A stretch of DNA of 60,738 bases, the filler included, from Basidiobolus ranarum (taxonomy: Eukaryota): assembly GCA_040143965.1 (NCBI GenBank). It is 12 parts of 12 records of this genome, joined end to end, with 100 filler letters (N's around TTAATTAATTAA, not from the genome) between each part and the next. Parts side by side here need not be neighbours in the genome. Positions count along the whole stretch, not along the records: positions 10,169 to 15,146 come from JASJQH010008634.1; positions 15,247 to 20,223 come from JASJQH010008635.1; positions 20,324 to 25,297 come from JASJQH010008636.1; 9 more parts are not named here. One strand, written 5' to 3'. Under the pieces are notes generated by a model. It did not search any database, had not been told where the DNA came from, and saw only the letters and a list, made by a program, of their open reading frames with translations. The translations under genes and the position numbers were made by a program. Of the stretch, positions 11,177 through 24,474 are shown in pieces. Every line of letters starts with the position of its first letter. Position 1 is the first letter of the stretch.

Positions 11177-11762
11177 TGTTGAAATTAGCATTGCCTAAAC
11201 ACCTATATAATTATAAATAGCTTAGTACTTAGTTATCCTATATTGAGCCAAGATATTACCCATTATTCTCAATTGGAACTTACTTAGAATATTATTGCCA
11301 ACTTAGAAGTCCTCAGATATATAGATTTTCAAACTTGTGCTACAAGCCCCAAACTTTGCACACATGTTCCTGGGACCTTCCTTAGCTCATTCTACACTCT
11401 AGATTGTTTATACCTTGACAAAAGTATGAATGTCAATTTTCTACTCAATAAATCAATAAGTGAGAACCACCAACTTCTCTATCAAACCACTTCCAACAGG
11501 CTCCAATATACTTTAACAGATATCACCCACTATTCTCAAGAGGAATTTACTTTGAAGTTTGGAGATACATACATTTTAAACTTATGGTAGAGGCTCCAAA
11601 CTTTGTACACATGTTCCTGGAGCCTTCCTTAACACGTTTGCTTGCTTACCTCTTGGCAAAACTATGAATATCAATTTTCTTCTCAATATATCAATGAGTG
11701 AAAACTGCCAATTCTTCTAGTTCTCCAAACCACTTCCAGCAAACTCCCAAAATGCTTCAACA
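11177..11762 (+). repeat. Copia LTR family B: full copy 11177-11518 and partial copy about 11593-11762
   Basis: TGTT...AACA termini. Homologous to 20118-20223, 55037-55385 and 60613-60738. Confidence 0.8.
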
Positions 11763-12572
11763 GATACTTCATCTGCGTCGAATATGTTGGGGGTTGAATA
11801 AACTCCTTTGTCCGAATTTAACCATCTACAGTAATGACAAGGACAAATTGAGATCCTAAAGACAATCATAATAGTGTAGGATAATGAATTTCTTTAGCAT
11901 AGATGTACGAACTTAAGCTTCAAAACGAAACTACCGAGGAGAATGGATATCCGTAGATTCAGGCGAGAATCTTTAGAAATACATCAGATTGTTGACCGCT
12001 AATAAACTTTATACTAGTCACACCTGTGTAAAACACATCTCATACTGATGAGTACTTGGTGAATTTCTTATAGGTTAGCCAGGTATCCTGCTTCACGGAT
12101 CAAGGTCTAGCAGTTCTAGTAAAAGTGAGGTATTGGTGCATCGAAGTCTTGGGCACGAGGAATACTAAATCCTATTTTGTCTTGGTGAACTTCACCGTAA
12201 AAGGAGAGCAGCTGTGCAAACCTAGGAGGCACACAAACGGATTCATCACTAAAACAGCGGAAATAGGGTACGCAAAGTATTAGGGAGGACCAATGAATCA
12301 CCATAATCATTATTATTGTCTCATAGGTTTGGATGTAACGGTTGTTGGCCTAAATTACAATTTAATAGGATGGGAATTAGCCATTTTAATTAATGCTTGC
12401 TATTAATAAGTTACTCGACCTATTATTCCACTCCTTGCTTAATATCTTTATCCTTATTAATTCTTATTAGTCATAATCCCTCTTTCATATCGAGTTGACT
12501 TTGCTGAGCGAAGTAAACTCATACTATACTAAAAGACACCTAAAACGACCGTTAATCTACTAGAGTAACCAG

Positions 12573-15085
12573 ATGGTTGATGATATTGGCGATGCCTACG
12601 ATAAGAAAAACATTCCAGCCGAATTGAAAATAGTACACCTGCCCGATTCTGACTTGGTAACGCCTAGTTATACTCCAGAACCTGAAATTTCCTCATATTG
12701 TACTTCCAGCACTGGTCCTAAAACTCCTGACAGCGACATAAAACTCAAACCCTGGAATTATTGTGAGAACCAAAATGAAGTTGTTGGTAATAGGAGCTTA
12801 GAAATGGATAAAGAGCTTGGCAAACTTTCTATTTCTATAAAGCCGATAAATGAACATTACAAAATAGACAATCTACTATTACCTACTAGCCCGACATCTC
12901 CTACCCATGCTCTTGTGACCGACCATTTTGAAGCCGAAGAGGAGATTTTGACTCAGAGTTACTTTACTCAAGAACAGAAAACTGAGAAGTTAACCCGATT
13001 CTTAAGAAGGGCTGCATCTAATGGTGACTCCAAAAGAGTAAAAAAATTACTGGATGTTGCCAAAGATTATATAGATATTGATGGTCGAGATGAGGATGGT
13101 ACAACACCTCTCATTTATGCAGCTTGTTGGGGTTATCTCGAAGTAGCTTATAGCCTTTTAGAGGCAGGGGCTAACCCTAATGCCCAAGATAAATGTACGT
13201 CAGATTTATCACAACATTTTTTACTTGCCAAACGAAGCGGATTTTCTAACTTGGGTTTCTTATTTTGTCAATTTAGCTGGTTGGACTGCGTTAATGTGGG
13301 CAACAAACAATCACCATGACGGTATCGTGGCTACCCTAATTGATCATGGCGCTTCTACCTCCTCCAAATCTTCTAAAGGCCGTACAGTCATGGATTTCGC
13401 AAATCACGCTTTGGATAATGAAAAGTTTGAGAATCAGAGGATCTTGGAAATCTTGACTGACCCTCGCGATGGTCATAACAGTTTCGGGAGCAATCGTGAA
13501 AGTGGTTACTACACCTATTCTCGCGCGGATATCGAAAGCGTTATTTCTGAAAGTGATATATTGTATAAAATGGCACTAGACCAAGCCAAAGGGAACGATG
13601 CGGATTTAACTGATTTCCGATTCAGCGAATATAGTGTAAGTATCTCACATTTTCCGAGTAAGAATGCAATGTAGACTGAACCCTGTTGCTCTTCCATAGT
13701 ACTTTGATGATGAAGTGGAGTTTAACTGGGAAGATATCCAGCCTGATCAGATGTTTGTATACACTTACGAGAACCTGGACCTTCTCTTGGAAAAGATTAT
13801 TACGAACATGAGGCCACTACATTCTCGTGAATGCAAGTTTATATCAGCAAATGCGTTGTTTTTGGCTGCGCGCTATGGTGTTCACCTGGCCGGACCAGAT
13901 CTTCTTGAAGCTCTATTGAGTCAATCTTTTAAACGCATCGTTGATGTAGTGAAGGTACAGCAATAAGTATTCTCCAATCATTCCAAGAATGTACTAATAT
14001 TTGACTTACATTAGCAAAATCGCCAAGACATGTCATTATTGGCTTTCTGGCTGTCCAATTGTACACTTCTATTGTATTACCTCAAAAAAGATGCTAAACT
14101 TGTGACTGCTACTGTGGACTATCAGCTAAGCCTCTCCGAATTGATCCATGATCTCTACCAGCATTTTGTTAGAAACGCTACTCAGCGTATTGAGGAAGTA
14201 TTAGAGCCAGCTATGCTTGGTTATGATCCCCTTCCTGGTATGGAGGACATCAAATTTGTAGGGGAGAAAAGAAACTTTCTATTCACTGGGAAAAAGATTT
14301 TCACTCCTCCGCCCTCTCCACGTACGAGCCGATTTTCGATTCGACGAAAGAATCGGACTTCCACTAGTGGTACCTCAACGCGTGTTAAGCCAGCTACTCC
14401 CAAGACTGTCTGCTGTATACTTTCCTCTACGCTTATTGTTCTCAAGTCATATGAAGTCCATCCGACCATTATCCACTACGCCTTGAATCAGATTTTCCAT
14501 TACATCTCTGCTGAGCTATTCAATCAAGTTCTGACGACCAAAGATAATTGTTGTAGAGCAAAAGGAATGCAGATCCGTATGAATTTATCCACCATCGAGG
14601 ACTGGGTTCATCACAATCGACTCCCGCAAGTTCTACTTCAACATTTCCAGCCTTTAATTCAAATCTTCCAACTCTTACATTGTGTCTCAGGGCTGGCTGA
14701 CCTGACTGAGCTTTTAATGACTATCAAAGAGCTCTCAAGTCTAAACTCTCTTCAGATTTATCGAGTCGCAAATAATTATCGCTATGAGGTTGGAGAAAGA
14801 GTCATCCCCGAGGAAATCACTCAATACTTAGCGCAAGTAGTGAAAGATACTTGTAGTTTGCATACGCGTACATCTGTTGAGATAGATCGTGAAGGTCGAC
14901 GAACCCCCAAAGTTCGAGAGGAGGAGATTGATACGTTGCCCAATCAGGAGTCAGGACAAAATGCTCGCTCTGATGATATGGAAGAACTTATGGATCCTAC
15001 ACATCTACTTCCCTTTGCTATTCCCACCAGTGCAGAAATGGTTAACGGTTGGGGAAAGAGTGAAAAAGATTATATTTTGGAATAA
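12573..15085 (+). CDS. Ankyrin-repeat and DIL (dilute) domain protein; exons 12573-13194, 13277-13635, 13700-13954, 14015-15085
   Basis: Ankyrin repeats (GTTPLIYAA, GWTALMWA) and DIL motifs (LAFWLSN, ELFNQVL, GMQIRMNLSTIEDW). Three frame-consistent GT-AG introns. The 3' end abuts copia sequence. Confidence 0.88.
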
Positions 15086-15146
15086 CAAGAAACAACCCAC
15101 GGTAGCACTTTTAACAACTGAAGCAGAATATATGGCAAGATCACAT
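15076..15146 (+). mobile_element. Copia RNase H fragment
   Basis: WNNKKQPTVALLTTEAEYMA, nearly identical to the motif in the 54475-55005 ORF. Confidence 0.85.
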
Positions 15147-15246
15147 NNNNNNNNNNNNNNNNNNNNNNNNNNNNNNNNNNNNNNNNNNNNTTAATTAATT
15201 AANNNNNNNNNNNNNNNNNNNNNNNNNNNNNNNNNNNNNNNNNNNN

Positions 15247-16375
15247 CTTGTTCCAATTTTAGCTTTTTGGCAAAAATCCTTCATCTGCAATCATTGAGTA
15301 CATGGCATGAAATCTGGCATTACTTGCAGATGACTGATTTTCTATTAGGGGCAACATGATTAAAGCCTGCTGGACATTCTATAGCTCCAACAAATGCCTG
15401 ATCTGCATTTTTTTGCTGAGAGTTGGAAAGCCTTAACTTCTCATTCAAAAGCCTAGTACCAACATATTAAGTTGGTATTGGCTGTAATACTGAATCTAAG
15501 GCTATTATGAGGTTCCTAAACCTGTCTGGCAGGTTCCCAAGTAGCTTCATGACCAAGTCATCTTCATTTAGAGTTGCTCCAATGGATGGCAATTTGCTAT
15601 CATTTTTATCTAATTTATATGAATAGCCACAGAATCGTCAGAATTCATCTGAATTTTGAATAATTATCTTCTCAAATATAGCCTATTGGCCAGACTTTTA
15701 GTCGCATATAGTCCCTCAGGTGTTTCCTAAGTAGTTTGGATGTTTTGGGCCAAGTGTATGTGCCTCTATTTGGAGTCTTTGAGATGTAGACAAAATGTAG
15801 AGAGTGCTTTCCTCTGCTTCTTGTTAACAGCAAGGATAGCTTCCAGTGGTGCCTTTGGCTTTATTTCTTCTCTGTAACAAATCCTCAATGGTCCTTGTCT
15901 TCTAGCACCATATGCATCTTGTACTTCCAAAGGTCAAATTTTCACCATCAAACTTCTCTGTAGATGCAAAGGCTTTGGTAACAGTACTGGTAGCCATTCC
16001 ATTAACAGCTACCTTGGTGCTCATAATCAGTTAAAAGTGTTTAGGGGATTTGGAAATGTTTTGTGCATGGTTCAGATTTGTGAATTAGACACTTGAGTTT
16101 TATTGAGTTGATTATGTCCTTTTGATAGTTTACTATGAAAAGGACTGTTGGATGTGCTTAGGTCATAAAAAACATGCCTGTTAAGCATGGGTGAGAACTT
16201 AAGATGATTTGGAGAAGCTTTGAGAAAATGGTGAAAATTAATAAAATGATCTAATTGACATTTCTATCAATTACACCAATACACACATTTTTGAATGGCA
16301 GAACTGAGTGCTAAATAATCAGAATATGAATAAGCAACTACTATATAATGAGTTGCTATTTACCTAACTTCAACA
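15247..16375 (-). mobile_element. Degenerate copia element: 5' LTR family A (about 16030-16375), PBS-like site and gag
   Basis: LTR starts TGTTGAAGTTAGGTAAATAGC and is followed by GATTATGAGCACC (copia-type PBS-like). Gag remnants EKFDGEN..LWKYKMHMVLEDK. Confidence 0.85.
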
Positions 16376-16379
16376 TAGA

Positions 16380-16815
16380 TCTAAAACAAATCTACAGCTA
16401 AAGCACAGATCAAATTATTAAGCCATAAGTTAGGTTTAAGAGAAATATAAAATAATTAGTTGAGTGGGAATGTTGCTATTAGGTAAAGAGCATTATTTAG
16501 CTGTTAATTTATTCTTATTCTGCTTATTTAGAACTCAATTATGCCATTCAAAATGTGTGTGTAATGCTCTAATTGATAGAAATATTAGTTAGAACACTTT
16601 TATTAATTTTCACCATTTTCTCAAAACTTCTCCTAATCACCTCATATTTTCACCCATGCCTTACAGGCAAGTTTGTTTTAATCTAAGCACATCAAATAGT
16701 ACTATTTCATAGTAAGCTTAAAATAGGCCATATTCAATTTGATGAAACTAAAATGTCTAATTCACAAATCCAAGTCTTATTCAAATTGCTTATCAATCCT
16801 CCAAAACCTTTATCA
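16380..16815 (+). mobile_element. 3' end of a copia element: RNase H tail, PPT, LTR family A (16471 to about 16815)
   Basis: ...HKLGLREI*, then TTGAGTGGGAA, then TGTTG at the LTR start. Confidence 0.75.
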
Positions 16816-16999
16816 TATCTGAGATAAATCAAGCTTTTAAGCATTTGGACTTTGACAGCCAATACTTCAACTTTATTTATATACCACCCAGGGGACTTGG
16901 CTAGCCAATTTAAATGTAACTAACTCTTGCAAAGTTGCAGTGCTTATATGATACTATAAGATTAGACCTTGTCAAATCAATTAACTTTCCCAATTGAAA

Positions 17000-18230
17000 T
17001 TGATTTTGCTCTCATTCTCTACCTGTAAAAAGAAAATGAGTTCAGAGAAATAAGCAAGAACTTCACCTGTTCTGGAATTGGTGTCAGAATCCAATCAATG
17101 TTTGGAATATAAATGAGCTCTGCCTATTGAAAATTGATTTGCAGATCACCCAATTTATCACTCTACCAGATAGTTCATCTATTATTGGCTAAAAATATTT
17201 GTGGGAACTTTTTACTTATATTAGAATGAATTTTGCAGTGCACATTGATATACTTTTACTTTTATTTGTTATAATCTGACCCAGCTTAACAACTCTTCTA
17301 CATTACACTCCCTGTAAGCAGTATTTTAACTTGGATTTCATGTAGCTGTCCTGTAACTAAAATAAAAGTTATTTGATTCAGAAACAATCCATTATAATGT
17401 GTCAGAATATCAATGGCTTGCATTCCGCCAGAGATTCTGAAGGTGTATTGGCAGCCTTGTAACAGTATTGTGATAGTATTTAAACATACTGAAATATTGA
17501 TCTTCAATATTTGGCAGGGTTATTCAACTTCCTGATTTTTTGGAAAAAAGTAATGTTGATGTGACAAATTTGTATTGAGTTTTCTTGATACATTACTTCT
17601 TTTCTTGCTTCACAGACAGCCATATATGCTGCTTCTGTTGTTGAAAAAGCAATGGCACATTGTTTCTTTGTGTTCCAATAAATAGCTCCATTACAGCAAA
17701 GAGATTAGTAACCCATTGTAGATTTCCTATCTTCAATGCCTCTTGCACAATTTGCATCTGAATATACCATCAGACAAAGTTTGATCCAGAATATGTGTAT
17801 TATAAGCATGGATCCACAGTACCTTTCACATATCTGAAAATCAGCTTAACTGCTATGATTAAATCAGATCCAAAATCTTGAAGATATTAGCACATAACTC
17901 CCACAGAATATGCTATATATGTCTGTGTTCCAACCATGATATACAACAAACTACTAATCATTGATTAATAAAGAAATTGTTGGCTTTTATTTGAATCTAA
18001 GAACATCTGATTTGACCCATTTGTGATAAAGTATAGTTATTACTCCATTGAGATAGATACTAACTTGCAATCTTTGATTTTAAACTTTTTCAGAATATGT
18101 AGAATATACTAACACTGGCTTAAAGTTATTGTTTGCATTGTTCTGTCAATTTTAGTTTGGATTTTAATATAGTCTGTGAGTTCACCAAGATCAGCTATTT
18201 TGAAGTCTACCCCCATGATGTCAAGATCCT
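17000..18230 (-). mobile_element. Degenerate copia RT/RNase H
   Basis: Remnants DLGEL, YSDA...DRKSTMGY and KKQCAIAFSTTEAAYMA on the minus strand. The left boundary is approximate. Confidence 0.8.
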
Positions 18231-18235
18231 CTAAC

Positions 18236-20117
18236 ATGGTAGCAGTGAGTGAATTAGAGTCTTCTTCCCAAAACGAGATTACTACTATTCCAACATTCAC
18301 TATGGAAGATTTCTATGTATGGAAATTCAATATGCAACTTGTGCTTGAAGGAAAACATGTCTGGGAAGTAGCTTAACCAGATGAAAAAGAACAAACTTCT
18401 GAAGAAGAAAGTACAGACTCTGACACTGAAACAAAGCAGCCAACATATGAAGGAGCCAAGGTAACCTTCAAAGAAAAAGACAGATTGGCATTTAGGGAAA
18501 TATATCTGAGATTGGGATCATAACAACTTGTGCTAGTAAGAGATGCTGACTATGACAAGAATGCATGGGAGATCCTAGTGGAACATCATGAGCAAAAAGG
18601 GCTTGCTCACTTGATGATGCTATGAGGAAAATTCTTAGACTCTCATATGTCTGAGGATTCAGATTTTATGACATATGTAAATGGTGTCAAGAAAGTTGCT
18701 CAACAACCTGAATCAGTGAATTGTGAAGTATCTACAACGGATATAATTCTTACCATAATGAATAGTCTCCCTGAATCATATTCAGCCTCTATACTCACTA
18801 TGAAAGCAATTGAGGATAAGCTTACTCAGTATTATCTGATCACCTGTCTATGTCAAGAAGACTTTAAAAGGAAAGACAAAAGTCAGCTGGCAGATGAAAT
18901 AAAAACTACTCAAGCATTTATTCTCCAGATTGCCAACCAGAAAGAAGCACTGTGAAATGTAGCAAATGTGCAAAACTGGGACATTTAGCATATTATTGCA
19001 GATCAAAGAAGAAATAGGCTTCAAAGAAAAAGGAAGCTTATAACACTACAAAAAAAGGAAATGAAAACAATGTACATATGGCAACCCCCAAATCAGGAAA
19101 TGACTCTACTGATGTATGGATTCAGGTTTAAGTAATCATATGTGTTGTAATAGAAACATAATGCATGATCATAAGGAAATAGAATCTCTGGACTTCATGG
19201 TAGCTGGCAGAAACAAACTGGTTGCACATGGTATGAGAAAGGTGACACTTGACTTACACATAAGTAAAACCAAAAGTTTAGTGATAACCTTGGAAGATAT
19301 CTTACATTCCATCATTGACAACAAACCTGTTTTCAATTGAGCAATTGAAGAGGCAATTAAATGTATCCTATTAGAATATTAGAACAAAAGCTATCTTCTC
19401 CTAAATTTGAGTACAAACTAAATCATCAACTCCACAGATACCATATTCATTGAAGAAAATCTCAAATCTTCCAATCAGGTGAATCTGATTTTGGCTGAAA
19501 ATCAATTCTCAATAACTCATATTCTGAGTTAACATGTTCTGAAATCAATCTTGAGCTATCATATCCTACTATCAGTATGGCAGATATTGAATGCAATCAA
19601 ATATTGGAAGTATGAAATCAATCTCAACAATTATTCAAATAAAATATCCTGCAAGTGAAATATCTGACCATTCTACCAAGGACTTTGGATATCTCAAATT
19701 AGAGCATGAAATAAACAGAGTTAATTCAGAATAAGGGAGGAATATATCTGCATATATAACATTTGCTGAACCAGAAAATTTGACATAAGCCCTGAAATCT
19801 CACAAAGTGACAGAGCTGAGATATGCAACTGATCAAGAAATTCACTCCCTTATCAAGAATAACACATGGATCATTGTGGACTCACCAACTGAAAGAAAAA
19901 CTATTGGTAATAGATGGGTGTGGAAATTGAAACTTAACTCCAATGGATCTATCAACCAGTAGAAAGCAAGAATATTAGGAAGAGGCTATGCTATCAAAGC
20001 CACTAGAGTCATAGTTGCTCTCTAATTTGATGATATAATAATAGTTACTAATTGCTTAAATATGATGAAACAAACAAAGACCTGGCTATCTACCAAGTTT
20101 GTAATGCAGGATCTTAG
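18236..20117 (+). mobile_element. Degenerate, internally deleted copia polyprotein (gag, zinc knuckle, protease, RT remnants)
   Basis: FYVWKFNMQLVLEGK, CSKCAKLGHLAYYC, DSGLSNHMC, SLIKNNTW...IGNRWVWKLK...KARILGRGY. Confidence 0.88.
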
Positions 20118-20223
20118 TGTTAAAGTATTTGGGAGCCTGTTGGAAGTGATTGAGAGAATTAGAGAAATTGGTGGCTTTCACTTATTGGTCTATTGAGTAG
20201 AGAGTTGACATTTATAGTTTGTC
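20118..20223 (-). repeat. Copia LTR family B, partial
   Basis: TGTTAAAGTATTTGGGAGCCTGTTGGAAGTG, shared with the other family B copies. Confidence 0.8.
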
Positions 20224-23200
20224 NNNNNNNNNNNNNNNNNNNNNNNNNNNNNNNNNNNNNNNNNNNNTTAATTAATTAANNNNNNNNNNNNNNNNNNNNN
20301 NNNNNNNNNNNNNNNNNNNNNNNGGATCCACACAAGCACCGCTAGGATGAAACATGCTTCTTGGTCACATCGATAAACCCAGAGATTGATGATGAATTGC
20401 GAAATCCACGATAAATGATTCACTTCAGCTTTACTAAACATGGGCTGACTTATCTCAGTATGATACGTGCAGAGTGATTCTTGTAAATCCTCATTTGACC
20501 ACGATGTTGAAGCCAAACCCTTGAGCCTCCAGAGATAATAGACAAATGGAGACGGTGATGCCGATTCAGCAAGCGTGGGATCATGCGGTCCAATGAATCG
20601 ACTGTTCTCAATTGTGGACCTTTGGAGATTAATACTCATGCTGTGTCGAATGCTGGTCAATTTTGTTAGTACCACATGCAAGATTAAACTTGTGATGAAT
20701 TAGACCATTGTGCTCTGGCAAAGTTCACTATGCAGAGCAATAGTCCAGAATTTAGTCTGATTAATTAGATTGGTCTTCACAGCCGAGTGGATTTGAGGAG
20801 AGGCTCTATGCATCATATACATTTATGAAGACACATAATGCTGCTCTTAGATCTGAATAATACAGTCTCACTCAAGACGAACTACCACTGTTGGCCATGT
20901 GTATTAGTATCTCAAATGACCATTCACGAGGGCTATCTCCGAGAATTATGGATTTGCTTGAGATGCTTTGTTCCAACGTGTGTATCATGCAATCATGAAC
21001 CTTCGGACATCCCAAAAACCAGCAAATCCCATTTATAGTTTATAACCCATGGTATGTGTGGCATTGGAGGGTACCTCATACCAAGAGTTCCAAAGCAAGG
21101 CCCGATTAAGGCGGTACACTGGATTTCTAGCTCATATATAGATATGGGTCTTTGGAAATACACTACCTAATATGGAAGCAGAAAAATGAATTTCAGTAAT
21201 TATCCCTCATACATAGCATGGTTAGGTCCAGCTTGCACATTACTGACAAAGTGATTTCATTTTACAACACAAAGCTGAGTCCCAGTCCGAAACCTTTTGA
21301 ACATGCAAAATGTGTAATTTGCTCCGGAATGAATTTTCGATGCAAATAGGATAATAATCTACCAATTATCAATCGTTTACAACCATTATTAATGGCAAAC
21401 TGAGCAATCAGAGACTATAGGACTTTCTACACACGAATTAGGTTCATTAATGGTTTCTCAAATAATTGAACATGACACTATACATGGACTATTGTATTAA
21501 TGATTTCAGAGCAAATCTGGGTAATTGTTGATTTTGGCAACGAGCCCATCCTTCAAGTCTGAATAGAGTTTTCTTTGATCACGCTTTTCTTATATCACCT
21601 CAACATTTCCAGTACTTGGGTTATCACTTGGGCAATATCCCGTCTATAATTGATTTCCTTTAGTTTGTAATTGAAAGTATAATTTGCATACTGCTTCCTG
21701 TTTTTCGTTAAGCCGTAGTTTTGTAATGAACTGTATTTAAAGCCACTTTTATGGAAATCTTTCGTGCTGGCCCTCATATGTACCTGTTGGTAACCTACAA
21801 ACAGTTACAGAGCTAGTAGTTTCCCCCGAATAGGAACAGATCGAGAGCAATCCGGAATTAGGCCGGATTAAACATTATTACTCACAAACTACTCTCACTA
21901 GCACTTTACATGCCATGAGTATCTGTAGAAGATACTTTTTTATGAACGAGAATTCTAGTCAATTTAAATAGGTTTATTCCGGGTAGTGAGGTTACAACCT
22001 ACAGATTTTAAAGTTACAAATTGGTAAAAGATATACACTTCGTAGGGAACACAACGGAGATTGTAAATGGTCAGACTTAAAAAGTAGCAGAAACTTTCAA
22101 AAAGAAGTGAGCTATATGAGTTTATCGCGAATGGAGTATGTAATTATTTCTTTTCTGGCTTTACTTCTTTGAAGTTATATTTGAATCTGGTATGTTCCAT
22201 CTGAGCAGCTAAGGCCTCTCGAAAATTTGATACTTGGGCTGATTCATCACCACGACGTTTCAAAGAGCCAACATGATTATATTTGTATGGTAATTGCTCT
22301 TGTTGAGTACGTAAACGATCCATTATTTCCCCAGCATTAGTAGAGCTTTAGACAAAAACATTAATATAAGCGCTCTTTGATACCAAATATTATATCGTGT
22401 GAAAAGTTACCCAGAGACTAACAAGACACCAAGGAGTACAATTAATTGAAGCTTCATAGTTCCAGTCAATATCGGTAGTAAGTAATAAATGAAGGAAAAT
22501 TCTGATGGACAATAAAAAGGAATTTCTGGTTTAAATACTCATGCCCTGCTAAATTAAAATCTGAACCCAAATGTATTATTCAATTAGCGCGTACATATAA
22601 TTTGTGAGATCAGCAATCACTATCTTACCAACCCTAACCCATTCATGATTAGCTCTGAATGAATCACTTATTGTTGATGATAGGTGCACTGGTAACAAAT
22701 CTTACATAATGATCTAAGCTATTGCTTCATTTAATAATTGATCTCCTTAGGATTGGTCAAGTACAATATTTGTCAAAAAAAGGCCAATTTCATCAGTGAT
22801 GTGTATGTATGTACGTCGGACGTCAATAGGAGATCAACAATGCTGTATCAAATGATATCTAGCAATGAGTGATGTAGATTAAAGATAGAGTAACTCACAA
22901 ATGGACACTGGACCTCCAGCTGGACTTGATACGGTGAAATAAGCATTATTGAACAGCCGGAGGAATGTTTTATACTTCTATTTTGTATCTATTGAGTTTC
23001 TGAGAGGTTTCTGGCGACCGATGAACTTACGGATTACATGTCTCTAGAACGTACAACCCCAGTAAAGCGTCACCACAACTAGCTTTTATCTTGGAAACGC
23101 CTACAAATCAGCTTGCTAGTATAATAATCTTGGCATTATTCGTTTGTTGAGTAATATGGAATAAAGGGTAAGGAAAGGTCAAGGTCTCAGTAGTTCATCA

Positions 23201-24061
23201 AGGCCGCTATTCCTAGTCACAAACTCCTAAAAAATCACTACCACTATTTCTGATCACTTCATACCTGGCGCCGATATTGTTAACCATCGACTACTTTTAA
23301 TACGGTTTGGGTTAAACATCGGTGATACTGCTAAGTAGTTTCCAGACACAATGCACAGATTGTTGCTTGGGAAATGTGGCGAGATTAGGGTGGAATACTA
23401 ATTGGCTAGCCAGGTCTCCTCCAACCATGTCGAGAAGTCCCACATCACTTTTATGTTACAAATATGAAAAGACGCAAGAGATCAATTGACTCAATTTTAA
23501 CAAATATCTGGGTTAGGTAATACGTGTCCATGACGGTCACAATTGATCTCAATCTGAAATTGAACCACAAAAAGATCTGCTGCTTTCATATGAAAACTCT
23601 GGCCTGAGAGTGCATGCTCGAAAGCCAGCCATTCATGCGGTAGTTCTATATAAGGGAAGAAGTTCCAGATTCAAGGTGATTTTAAACTGATCAAAGAACT
23701 GATCTAATGACTGAGAACACAATCAACGACGCATTCAAAGTTCATTAGTCTTAGGGAGAGAATCACCATTGATTACAAGTCAGTTTGACAAGTAATACAT
23801 TTATACATATATCCGGCTATCTATGTTTTATCTAGGCTGTATCCGTTCTTGGTTAATTTGGTGACTTTGGACCACGTCAGTTGAACTCTTTTAAAATGAA
23901 GGAACCCTCAAGTTGAAATGTTACCAGTACGTATATCGGGTATAAGAAGTGACGAAGGGTAAATAATAAAGACTTTGGTCTAAAAAAGATAGGAAATGCA
24001 ACAAAATACTTGGGAAAGTTTTTTTGGTTCAGATTATGGATATTACTCCCTATCGCATTCA

Positions 24062-24474
24062 ATGTCTCGTTCAGTAACTCGACAAAGTTCAAGAACACAC
24101 GAAGGTGAAAGCTTAATTACTTTATATTCTTTTTGTTTTCCATATACTTAAGGAGTTTACTTCTACTTGTTATCTAGAGAATCAAGAACGCGCATATATT
24201 GCGGCTAGTCATCGTGGAGTAAACTCTACCTTTACACTGACCCTAACTGAGCTAAAATATTCACTCTTGCTTTTCTTTTCAATAGGACCGTCCACTGGAG
24301 GGACGTCTAAAGTCTGCGCACAAAGCCTCAGAGATACACAAACGTAGAACCGGGAAGTCGCTCAAGATTACTGAGGAGGATGTATTAAACGAAGAAATGT
24401 ATGCTGAAGTATCTGAAGACGAAGCGTATACTAAGACCAACGAAACTCACTCTAAAATACCTGAAGTCTCATAA
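24062..24474 (+). CDS. Spliced 90-aa conserved uncharacterised fungal protein; exons 24062-24104, 24178-24218, 24286-24474
   Basis: Two GT-AG introns join MSRSVTRQSSRTHE-ENQERAYIAASHRG-DRPLEGRLKSAHKASEIHKRRTGKSLKITEEDVLNEEMY. I recall this motif from hypothetical fungal proteins. Confidence 0.75.
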
